From: an uncultured Christensenella sp.
GTDB lineage: Bacteria > Bacillota > Clostridia > Christensenellales > UBA1242
Length of the DNA: 37,369 bases
Assembly (NCBI GenBank): GCA_964411325.1
Contig: CAYPKM010000003.1
Coordinates: forward strand, 1-37,369
Direction of reading: 5' to 3'
Both the position numbers and the translations under genes were made by a program. Positions 1 through 8,264 of the stretch are shown piece by piece; the first letter of the stretch is position 1; every line of letters begins with the position of its first letter. The notes under the pieces were generated by a model. It was not told the origin of the DNA, ran no database searches, and worked only from the letters and a program-made list of their open reading frames with translations.

Positions 1-20
1 AATACGGAGAATTTTCTAAA

Positions 21-791
21 ATGTCTAAAACAACAATAAAAGCATTAAGATATTATGAAAAAGAGGGACTATTAAAGCCAGTTTTTATAGACCCATATAC
101 AAATTATAGATATTATGAAAGTAGTCAACTAGTAGATATTTCAAAAATAATACATTTAAGACAAGTGGGATTATCAATTAAAGATATTAAAAAAGTTTTA
201 GATGGATACAATATGGTAGACATACTTAAAAATAGAAAAAAAGAAATAGAAAAAAATCTTGAAAATTACAATATCGAACTTTCTAAAATCAATTATTTAT
301 TAGAAGGAGACAATATGAAAAACGAGATTTTTATAAAAGAAATTCCAGAGTATATTATTTATTATCGTGATGGAGTTATAGCAGATTTTAGCAAAATTTC
401 AGAATTTGCTTATGCAACAGGGACAGAATGTTCAAGAATAAATCCAAACTTGAAATGTGCAATGCCAAATTATTGTTATATTAGTTATTTGGACGGAGAA
501 TACAAGGAAGAAAATATAAAAATAAGATATGCTGAAGCAATTGAAAAGTTTGGAAAAGAAACCGATGAAATAAAATTTATGAAATCAGCACCTATAACAG
601 CAGTATGTATTTATCACAAAGGTTCTTATGATAATTTACGAGATTCATATAATATAATTTTGAAATACATAGAAGAAAACGGATATGAAATAATTGACAA
701 TGCTAGAGAATGTTATATTGATGGCTGTTGGAATAAAGAGAACGAAAAAGATTATTTGACAGAAATAGAATTCCCAGTTAAGAAAAAGTAA
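21..791 (+). CDS. MerR-family transcriptional regulator with C-terminal GyrI-like effector-binding domain (probably starts a few codons before the window edge)
   Basis: KALRYYEKEGLLKP...YRYY MerR HTH; the frame stays open upstream as YGEFSK (typical IGEFSK); C-terminal HKGSYDNL...RECY...TEIEFPV is GyrI-like. Confidence 0.93.
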   Translation: MSKTTIKALRYYEKEGLLKPVFIDPYTNYRYYESSQLVDISKIIHLRQVGLSIKDIKKVLDGYNMVDILKNRKKEIEKNLENYNIELSKINYLLEGDNMKNEIFIKEIPEYIIYYRDGVIADFSKISEFAYATGTECSRINPNLKCAMPNYCYISYLDGEYKEENIKIRYAEAIEKFGKETDEIKFMKSAPITAVCIYHKGSYDNLRDSYNIILKYIEENGYEIIDNARECYIDGCWNKENEKDYLTEIEFPVKKK

Positions 792-997
792 CTTAAATAA
801 TAAAGCAAAAGTATTATAGAAAAACAAATATAGATATTCCCATTTGTCTAAAAATGTATTACAAAATGTCTAATAAACTTAGACAATTTTAGAAAATATT
901 ATTTAACACGATACAACACAACTTTTCCTTGTAAAATAAGGGATTTTTAGGGATAGAGTGATACGAAAAATCACTAAATAACAAGCCTTTTTTATTC

Positions 998-1103
998 CTC
1001 TTAATCAGTGGGTCCATCAAACTATTTCTCTTTTAATTTATCTTCAATGTTTTTTGTTTCTCTTATATATATTATGAAGTGTTCGAGTCTCCGAGGAAGC
1101 ACC
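998..1103 (+). mobile_element. att-like remnant: 3' half of tRNA-Lys(CTT) in two pieces (998-1015 and 1081-1103); probable right end of an integrated element
   Basis: CTCTTAATCAGTGGGTCC is an anticodon loop, 3' stem and variable loop. GTTCGAGTCTCCGAGGAAGCACC is a T-loop, T-stem, acceptor strand and A-CC. No 5' half is in the window. Confidence 0.75.
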
Positions 1104-1233
1104 CAAAAAAAATTGTATCTCTTTTTGATACAATTTTTTATTTTAGTCATAAGACGTGATATCGTCACCAATCATTGTGTAGTGTATCTAATTAATTTCT
1201 AAAAAGATATTTATTATTTTCAATTTGAAAACC

Positions 1234-1965
1234 TTAATCGCCCATACTTCTTGATTTTACTTCTTCAAATGGATTGCCATACAAATCTTCCGTCATACAA
1301 AATCTACTTATGTCTATATTTTCTTTGTATTTTTCCGGCTTGAATTTATTGAAATCCTGTGCCGTCAAATAGCCTGCAATATCCACTTTGAATTTCTTAT
1401 TATCCACCTCTATAATATTGTAATAATGCCTGATTTTCTTGATGTCATTAGTTTCTATCTCATTAAACTCAACATCTGTTCCACTAAACCTGTCATAACA
1501 ATCTACACCCTCGGGCGTTTCAATAATTTCGCATTTAATACCTAAATTTGACATAATTCTCATTATCTCATTTGCAAAAATTATACAAGTACCCTGTTTT
1601 AAAGCGTATACTGTAGGATAAATTTTGGGTTTACCCGCTACTTCAACATCTACATCTGCACAAGTCATAGTTGTCCCAAAACCTTGAGGATATCTAATTC
1701 TCTCTTGTAATCTAGGGAATGGAGTATCGTTCCCCCTCACAAAGCTATAATCATACGAAAAATCCACCACATCTTTTTCATAAACACTATCTATATCTGC
1801 CACAACATCTTTTGGTAAATTATTAGTGAAATAATCTACCACAAATTTGGCTTTTTCAATATCCGAATCAAGACTTGATGCTTTATTCAAAAATTTTATT
1901 CTCCTAAGATTATTAAAAACATAAATTTTTTGCATATCGTAAAAACTCATTCCATAATATGACAT
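1234..1965 (-). CDS. Transglutaminase-like (Cys-His-Asp) domain protein
   Basis: QGTC127IIFA...NLGIKC, RH180YYNII and KVD195IA follow the transglutaminase-core pattern; RBS AGGTGG and sigma-A promoter upstream. Confidence 0.65.
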   Translation of the reverse strand: MSYYGMSFYDMQKIYVFNNLRRIKFLNKASSLDSDIEKAKFVVDYFTNNLPKDVVADIDSVYEKDVVDFSYDYSFVRGNDTPFPRLQERIRYPQGFGTTMTCADVDVEVAGKPKIYPTVYALKQGTCIIFANEIMRIMSNLGIKCEIIETPEGVDCYDRFSGTDVEFNEIETNDIKKIRHYYNIIEVDNKKFKVDIAGYLTAQDFNKFKPEKYKENIDISRFCMTEDLYGNPFEEVKSRSMGD

Positions 1966-1991
1966 AAATAACCACCTGTATATTTTTATGT

Positions 1992-2020
1992 ATTATATCA
2001 TAATCAATCAAAGAAATCAA
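1992..2020 (-). promoter_or_regulatory. Sigma-A promoter of the transglutaminase-like gene
   Basis: TTGATT-17 bp-TATAAT with extended -10 TG on the minus strand. Confidence 0.65.
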
Positions 2021-2054
2021 TACAATTATATTTTATAATAAGGCCAAATACACC

Positions 2055-2083
2055 TTGATTTTAACTAATTTTTGTGCTAAAAT
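2055..2083 (+). promoter_or_regulatory. Sigma-A promoter of the 2148 gene
   Basis: TTGATT-17 bp-TAAAAT with extended -10 TG. Confidence 0.6.
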
Positions 2084-2147
2084 TATTATAATGAAAAATT
2101 TGATTTTTGCCTTTTCATAACCACAAAAAATTGGGAGATAATTTTCT

Positions 2148-3035
2148 ATGAGTTCAAAAATTAATAGACTTCTTCAATTAAGAAAAAACAATGATTTAAA
2201 TAATTACTTCCATGCACTAGACAAAAAATACCCTCAATACAATCTTGGTGCAAATACACCTATTTTGAATCATCATTTGCAGACTGAGAACAATTTTCAA
2301 AATGTTCCAGCTACACTCTTTTTTAGCGAAAAAGCGTCAGCAGGACTTGACTACATTAGACATTTGGCACAAAAAAAATCTACTTATAGACTAGATAGAG
2401 GCAAAGATGATTCCCCATTGGAATTCTTTTGTTTGGGTTATCAAGACTTTGATGGAGATATCATTGTAGAAAGCATAGAATTTCCAGCATATAGTTTTGC
2501 AAGAATCAATAGCTCAACAACAGCAGAAATTAACAATAAGTTATTTAATAATAAAACAGATGAATACACAAAAATCGAGGGATTTTCGACATATTTTGAT
2601 TATCTTCGCAATGCAAGTTTTAAACGCAAAAATCTTCAAGGCAATAAACCAGTAGCATTTTACGGTACAACAAGACCTCTTATTAAATGTTCCGACAATA
2701 CCGAAAATTGTATTCGAATTGGAGAACTTGCCAAATCTGTAGTACCAGGTGACATTGATTTTGGAGATATTATGACGGGAGTAATATCTGTCTCCCCATA
2801 CACAATTATCCAAACCAAAGATGGATTAAAATATAAAGAAGGCAGTCTAGAAGCAATATTGACCACTTACAAATCAAACAAAAAAGGCCATTTAACACCT
2901 TCAAATATCACAAGCATAACCAATTGTATGTCCATTTCCAAAGACAAGCCAGCAAAAATAATTGAGATTGCCAATTCTCAACAACCATACTGGGATTTCC
3001 CCAAAATTTCTTCAGAAAATATTAAGTGCAAATAA
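2148..3035 (+). CDS. Hypothetical protein, possible degenerate JAB/MPN-like fold
   Basis: 295-aa ORF with GGAG RBS, promoter and terminator; LFFSEKA...EFFCLGY...IIVESIEFP resembles the MPN N-terminal strands. Confidence 0.6.
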   Translation: MSSKINRLLQLRKNNDLNNYFHALDKKYPQYNLGANTPILNHHLQTENNFQNVPATLFFSEKASAGLDYIRHLAQKKSTYRLDRGKDDSPLEFFCLGYQDFDGDIIVESIEFPAYSFARINSSTTAEINNKLFNNKTDEYTKIEGFSTYFDYLRNASFKRKNLQGNKPVAFYGTTRPLIKCSDNTENCIRIGELAKSVVPGDIDFGDIMTGVISVSPYTIIQTKDGLKYKEGSLEAILTTYKSNKKGHLTPSNITSITNCMSISKDKPAKIIEIANSQQPYWDFPKISSENIKCK

Positions 3036-3048
3036 TTAATATTTCATC

Positions 3049-3086
3049 AAAAAAAGAGATATTGTAAAATCAATATCTCTTTTTTT
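3049..3086. terminator. Bidirectional intrinsic terminator
   Basis: AAAAAAAGAGATATTG-taaaat-CAATATCTCTTTTTTT between convergent genes. Confidence 0.85.
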
Positions 3087-3088
3087 AC

Positions 3089-4567
3089 TTACAAAAGAAT
3101 ACAAATTACTCCACCTTTTCCCTCGTTTACAATCCTTCCCAATGTTCTTCTCATTTTTTTCTGAACTTCTTGTGGCATCACAAGCAATTTATTCTGCAAA
3201 TCCTCATTAACTAAAGAATATAAGCTCCTCCCAAATACTTTGGTATCCCAAATATCTTTTGGATTGTTTTCAAATTCGCCCATTAGAGATTTTACCAATT
3301 CTTCCGATTGTTGTTCATTCCCAACCATAGAATTGACTTCTGTCTGAATATCTACTTGCATTATATGCAAACTTGGGGCGCTAGCTTTCAATTTAACACC
3401 GAATTTGCCACCTTGTTTATACATTTTAGGCTCTTCCAATGTTAAATCTTCCAAATCTGGTCTCACTACACCATATCCAGTAGTTTTAACTTGCTCTATA
3501 GCATCTTTGAATTTATCATATTGAACTTTTGCTATAGACAGTTGCTTAATATATGATATTAAATGATATTCATTTTTTATATCATATCCGCATTCACTAC
3601 TCAAAATCCTATAATACAAGTCTGGCTTGGGTTGTAATTTCAAAGTAAGTTTTCCCTCTCCCAAATTCAAACTTTTTTCTATAATAGGCTCAAAGTCTTG
3701 TGAATTTTCACTTAAAGTCAAAGTTTCTGGAATATTATCAACCTTGTCTATAACTCCTAACAAATCTTTAATATTAGAAATAATATTTTTGATAATGTCG
3801 CTAGTATAATCCAAAATTTGCAACCATTCGGGGAATTTAATTGCTACTTTGCTTACTGGAAATTCGTGTAAAACTCCCTCAAAGACTTCATTAATATCTT
3901 TCTCGTCAGCACCATCAACATCTAGAGGAATAACCTTTGTTTCATACTTATTTGCAAGAGATTTAGCCAAATTAATAGTCTCGGGATTTTTTGGGTGAGT
4001 AGAATTAAGTACAATGACAAAAGGTTTTTTGCAAGATTTTAATTCTCCCACAACTCTTTCTTCCGCCTTAATGTAACTATCTCTATCTAAATCAGTAATA
4101 CTCCCGTCCGTAGTTACCACAATACCTATAGTAGAATGATTGGTTATTACCTTATTAGTCCCTATTTCTGCGGCTTTTTCAAAAGGCATTTCTTTATCGT
4201 CCCAAGGCGTAGATACCATTCTAGGCTTGTCGTTTTCTTCGTGACCAATAGCCCCTTCTACAAGATATCCAACACAATCAATTAGACGCATATTAAAATT
4301 TATATCATTATTTAGGCTTACTTTTACAGCTTCGCTTGGAATAAATTTCGGCTGAGTTGTCATAATACTTTTGCCATCACCACTCTGTGGCATTTCATCT
4401 TTTGTCATTTCTTTGCTATATCCATCTGCAATATTAGGCAAAATTAATTTTTCCATAACTTTGGTTATAAATGTAGATTTACCCGTTCTTACAGGGCCTA
4501 CCACACCAACATAAATATCACCCTTAGTCCTATGGGCAATATCTTTGTATACATTATATTCAGTCAT
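3089..4567 (-). CDS. spoIVA: Stage IV sporulation protein A (spore coat morphogenetic ATPase)
   Basis: GVVGPVRTGKSTFI, MTTQPKFIP, LIDCVGY, C-terminal NEGKGGVICILL; start set at ATG 4567 behind GGAGG. Confidence 0.98.
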   Translation of the reverse strand: MTEYNVYKDIAHRTKGDIYVGVVGPVRTGKSTFITKVMEKLILPNIADGYSKEMTKDEMPQSGDGKSIMTTQPKFIPSEAVKVSLNNDINFNMRLIDCVGYLVEGAIGHEENDKPRMVSTPWDDKEMPFEKAAEIGTNKVITNHSTIGIVVTTDGSITDLDRDSYIKAEERVVGELKSCKKPFVIVLNSTHPKNPETINLAKSLANKYETKVIPLDVDGADEKDINEVFEGVLHEFPVSKVAIKFPEWLQILDYTSDIIKNIISNIKDLLGVIDKVDNIPETLTLSENSQDFEPIIEKSLNLGEGKLTLKLQPKPDLYYRILSSECGYDIKNEYHLISYIKQLSIAKVQYDKFKDAIEQVKTTGYGVVRPDLEDLTLEEPKMYKQGGKFGVKLKASAPSLHIMQVDIQTEVNSMVGNEQQSEELVKSLMGEFENNPKDIWDTKVFGRSLYSLVNEDLQNKLLVMPQEVQKKMRRTLGRIVNEGKGGVICILL

Positions 4568-4635
4568 AATATCCTCCGATAATTTCAAAACTTTTCAAAA
4601 AATATACTTTTTATTTTACTTTTCAAAGTTTCTAA

Positions 4636-4664
4636 ATTATATGTTGCAAATTTGACATATATGC
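4636..4664 (-). promoter_or_regulatory. SigE-type mother-cell promoter of spoIVA
   Basis: GCATATA-14 bp-CATATAAT matches the SigE consensus; spoIVA is a known SigE target. Confidence 0.75.
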
Positions 4665-4708
4665 AAAAAGAAAAAAAGAGAACAAAATTTTTGCACTCTT
4701 TTCATTAT

Positions 4709-5596
4709 TTACTCATTATTCTCTAGAGTTTCTTTTTTATGTTTTACCTTTGGAGATGTATTAGTATCTACATTTGCTTTGGAAGTTTTTAAAACTTTAT
4801 TTTCTTTCATATTTTCAAGTCTTTTCAATTTATTTGATACTTTCTCTTGTTTTTTATTTATCTTCTTCGCATATTTTTTTTCAATTTTATCTTGTCTAAT
4901 AGAATTTTTCTCAAGTTTTTTCTCACGTTTGTTTTTTATCTTTTCTATATCTTTTTTCAATCCCTCTTGAATATCCGCAGGATTTTCTCTATTTTCTATT
5001 AATCTAATAATATTTTGCTTATGACAGCAAATATCTATAACAACCACCACGCACATTATGAGCAAAGCTATCCAATTACCTTGCATTTTTGTCCTAAACA
5101 TCTGCTCAACCGCTTCGATAGTTATAAACAGAAGACTTACCAAACTTCCTATCTTAATAAAATAAAGAGTAACAAACATTATTCCAAATAATATAAGTGT
5201 GCATATAGGGTCAGCAACCATAAACATTCCAAATGTTGTAGCTATCCCCTTGCCACCTTTAAACTTGTAATAAATAGGGAAAATATGCCCAAGAACAGCA
5301 CACAATCCAAAAGCATATATTGCAATATATCCCATTTCTACACCATAAATTTCACCAAAATAAAGCAAACCAAATAGTGATGGAATAGCCCCTTTTAGAG
5401 CATCGCAAAAAAGTGTAAACAGCCCCATTCCCATTCCGTGAGTTCTAAGCATATTCATAGTCCCAGGATTGCCACTCCCGACATTTGCAATATTATCTTC
5501 TTTTTTGTTCGTCACAAGCCTAGCTACACTTATTCCTCCCAAAAGATAACTAAGTATGCACACTCCAACAAATACAAGTATATCAATAATTTCCAT
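4709..5596 (-). CDS. plsY: Glycerol-3-phosphate acyltransferase PlsY with a long Lys-rich C-terminal extension
   Basis: SYLLGGI, GSGNPGTMNMLR, DALKG, LGHIFPIYYKFKGGKGIAT, HKQNIIRL motifs; directly downstream of der. Confidence 0.96.
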   Translation of the reverse strand: MEIIDILVFVGVCILSYLLGGISVARLVTNKKEDNIANVGSGNPGTMNMLRTHGMGMGLFTLFCDALKGAIPSLFGLLYFGEIYGVEMGYIAIYAFGLCAVLGHIFPIYYKFKGGKGIATTFGMFMVADPICTLILFGIMFVTLYFIKIGSLVSLLFITIEAVEQMFRTKMQGNWIALLIMCVVVVIDICCHKQNIIRLIENRENPADIQEGLKKDIEKIKNKREKKLEKNSIRQDKIEKKYAKKINKKQEKVSNKLKRLENMKENKVLKTSKANVDTNTSPKVKHKKETLENNE

Positions 5597-6924
5597 TAGT
5601 TTTCCTCCTTGTCAGACTTGCTTCTAAGTATAATCCTAATAGGTGTACCTTTAAAATCTACAGCATTTCGTATACAATTTTCTAGATATCTCACATACGA
5701 GAAATGCATTAAATTTTTATCATTGACAAAGACAATAAATGTCGGAGGAGCGACACTTGCTTGTGTCATATAATAAATCTTACAACGTTTACCCTTTTGT
5801 ATAGGAGGCTCATTTACAGCCACAGCATTAGATATTATTTCATTAAGCATACTTGTGCCTATCCTATAATTAGATTTAGCATAAACATTTTCAACTTCAG
5901 TCATAATTTTATTTAGTCTTTGACCTGTAAGTGCAGAAACATATAGAGGTACAAAATAACTCATAAATTTCAAATCTTCACTCAAATCATCATTAAATTT
6001 ATTCATTGAATAAGTGTCTTTTTTTATTAAATCCCACTTATTCATAACAACAATACTAGGCTTGCCTTCTTCGTGAATAAATCCTGCAATCCTCGTATCT
6101 TGCTCTGATAAACCTTCACTTGCATCAATCACAAGCATTACAACATCTGCCCTTCTTATAGCATCAAATGCTCTAAGTACACTATACAATTCAACACTTT
6201 CATTTGGCACAGACCTCTTGCGTCTAATTCCAGCAGTGTCTATAAGCAAATATTCCTTACCATTATAATTAAATGGTGTATCTATAGCATCTCTTGTAGT
6301 GCCAGCTACATTGCTAACCATTACTCTGTTTTCACCCAAAAGTTTATTAATAATCGAACTTTTGCCAGCATTTGGCTTACCTACCACAGCAATTTTGATT
6401 TTTTGCTTATCTTCTTCAACAGAAATTTTATCTTTGAAATATTTGACACATTCATCAAGAATTTCTCCCAAACCCTTATTATTTTCAGCACTACAAGCAA
6501 ATGGCTCACCTAATCCCAAAGAATAAAATTCATAAGTTAAATCCACTTGATTTGCATCAAGTTTGTTTACCGCAAGCACCACAGGCACATTGTATTTTCT
6601 TAAAAAATTCGCAACATCATAATCAGCTGAAACCAAGCCCTCTCTGCCATCAACCATAAAAATTACAACATCTGCAAGTTCTACAGCAATCTCGGCCTGT
6701 CTAGTAATATTTGCCTGGAACTCATCTTTATTCTTTATATCCAAGCCACCAGTATCAACTATAGAAAAAGCATAGCCACACCATTCGGCATCACCATATA
6801 TTCTATCTCTTGTTACTCCGGGCATATCTTTGACAATACTAATTCTTCTACCACATATTGTATTAAAAAACGTACTCTTGCCTACATTTGGCCTGCCAAT
6901 CAATGCAACTAATGGTTTTCTCAT
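5596..6924 (-). CDS. der: Ribosome biogenesis GTPase Der (EngA)
   Basis: Two GTPase domains (GRPNVGKS, GKPNAGKS; DTGG, DTAG; NKLD, NKWD) and KH-like C-terminus; start at ATG 6924 behind GGAG. Confidence 0.98.
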   Translation of the reverse strand: MRKPLVALIGRPNVGKSTFFNTICGRRISIVKDMPGVTRDRIYGDAEWCGYAFSIVDTGGLDIKNKDEFQANITRQAEIAVELADVVIFMVDGREGLVSADYDVANFLRKYNVPVVLAVNKLDANQVDLTYEFYSLGLGEPFACSAENNKGLGEILDECVKYFKDKISVEEDKQKIKIAVVGKPNAGKSSIINKLLGENRVMVSNVAGTTRDAIDTPFNYNGKEYLLIDTAGIRRKRSVPNESVELYSVLRAFDAIRRADVVMLVIDASEGLSEQDTRIAGFIHEEGKPSIVVMNKWDLIKKDTYSMNKFNDDLSEDLKFMSYFVPLYVSALTGQRLNKIMTEVENVYAKSNYRIGTSMLNEIISNAVAVNEPPIQKGKRCKIYYMTQASVAPPTFIVFVNDKNLMHFSYVRYLENCIRNAVDFKGTPIRIILRSKSDKEEN

Positions 6925-7130
6925 AATATACTCCATATATCTTACTACACTATATACTTCCAAACACCATTGGTAATTATCTGCAAGTATTGTTTGAAAT
7001 TAAAGATTATATCCACATCTAGAAATCTAGCAAATATAAAATTTACTACATATAGTTACTAATATATATTATATCATATCACCAAAAAAAACAACCCATT
7101 TATCCACTAATTTCTTTAAAAATTTCAAAA

Positions 7131-8264
7131 TCAATTACTTCTATTCTTGTATTTTTTCCAAAAAACGCAAATAAGAGTAGAACAAAAAGAAGCAATTATT
7201 ACTATTATTACACAGAAAACAAACAACCCCGTTTTTGCACTTTCCTTTTTATCAAGAGTTTCGTTAATAGTAATCTCGGTTTCTGTATCTTCACCATTAA
7301 TAGTCAAGTCTCCACTTGAACTATTTACAGTAGTTTTATATAGAGATGTTGTTACAACTTCAGCTAATTCTTTCATACTCTCTATTTCCAAATCTTTTTC
7401 TATTAAATGAGAGCCCATTTCAAATAAAATAGCTTTGCTATCAATAGATTGATTATAATGCCCCTTGGCATAATAAATATCAGTAAATAACCAAGGATAC
7501 ATCTCATTACCTACCGCCATAAGATATGTGGCAAATTCCTCATTAAGAGCTTTGTTGGGATTTGCCTTGCCAATAACCATTCTCACCCTTCCTCTTTCTC
7601 TACCATCTACATTAGCAACGTAATATCCCCTACTTGCACCATCTCTATGAATGTCAAAGATTGCATCTGGCGAATATTGATTTTGCAGAGACTGAGCGGT
7701 TTTTAAACTTCTAGTATAAGCACTTGTGTCGTGAGGAATATGTAGAGTATCATCTAAATAGACATCTATAAAATTTTTCTCAAGTTCAGACTTAAAAGCC
7801 AGTGCTACATCTTTAATCCCGCCATTACCGTATATACTATCAACGCCATCACTAGGCACATAACTCTCATCATTATGCGTCATATACATAGCAATAACTC
7901 TCCTCTCCACCTTGATAGGGCTAGGAAGAGGAGAATAAGAAATATTCGGTTTTTCTCGTTGCTCTACAAATTTAGCAAATCCAATACCCCTGCTTTTGTC
8001 AACCGAATAAATTTCATAATACTTAAAGTCTTTTGATAGATAATTATCACCAATCTCCACATCTTCTCTTTCAAAAAGCAAATTCATATTGTCATCATAG
8101 ACCTGATAGTTGTTACCAAAAATTTCTTCAGCAAAGACAGAAGCATTACCCATCTCACGAATAAAAATACTCTTAGCAATGCCACAACCAAAATTTAGTC
8201 CACAAAATAAAATAGCAAAAATAATCCAAACAGTGTTGAATATTTTTAATTTATGAGAAAGCAT
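7131..8264 (-). CDS. spoIIP: Stage II sporulation protein P (amidase/endopeptidase) with N- and C-terminal hydrophobic segments
   Basis: THNDESY, HDTSAYTRS, DIHRDG, HYNQ, LFEMG SpoIIP motifs. Confidence 0.9.
   Translation of the reverse strand: MLSHKLKIFNTVWIIFAILFCGLNFGCGIAKSIFIREMGNASVFAEEIFGNNYQVYDDNMNLLFEREDVEIGDNYLSKDFKYYEIYSVDKSRGIGFAKFVEQREKPNISYSPLPSPIKVERRVIAMYMTHNDESYVPSDGVDSIYGNGGIKDVALAFKSELEKNFIDVYLDDTLHIPHDTSAYTRSLKTAQSLQNQYSPDAIFDIHRDGASRGYYVANVDGRERGRVRMVIGKANPNKALNEEFATYLMAVGNEMYPWLFTDIYYAKGHYNQSIDSKAILFEMGSHLIEKDLEIESMKELAEVVTTSLYKTTVNSSSGDLTINGEDTETEITINETLDKKESAKTGLFVFCVIIVIIASFCSTLICVFWKKYKNRSN

Noticed and set aside
998-1103. Intron-containing or functional split tRNA-Lys
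   Set aside because: No 5' half precedes it, three T-stem bases are missing, and the 65-bp insert is too short and unstructured for a self-splicing intron.
1008-1202. 64-aa ORF across the att region
   Set aside because: Overlaps the tRNA remnants, has no RBS and reads as low-complexity AT-rich translation.
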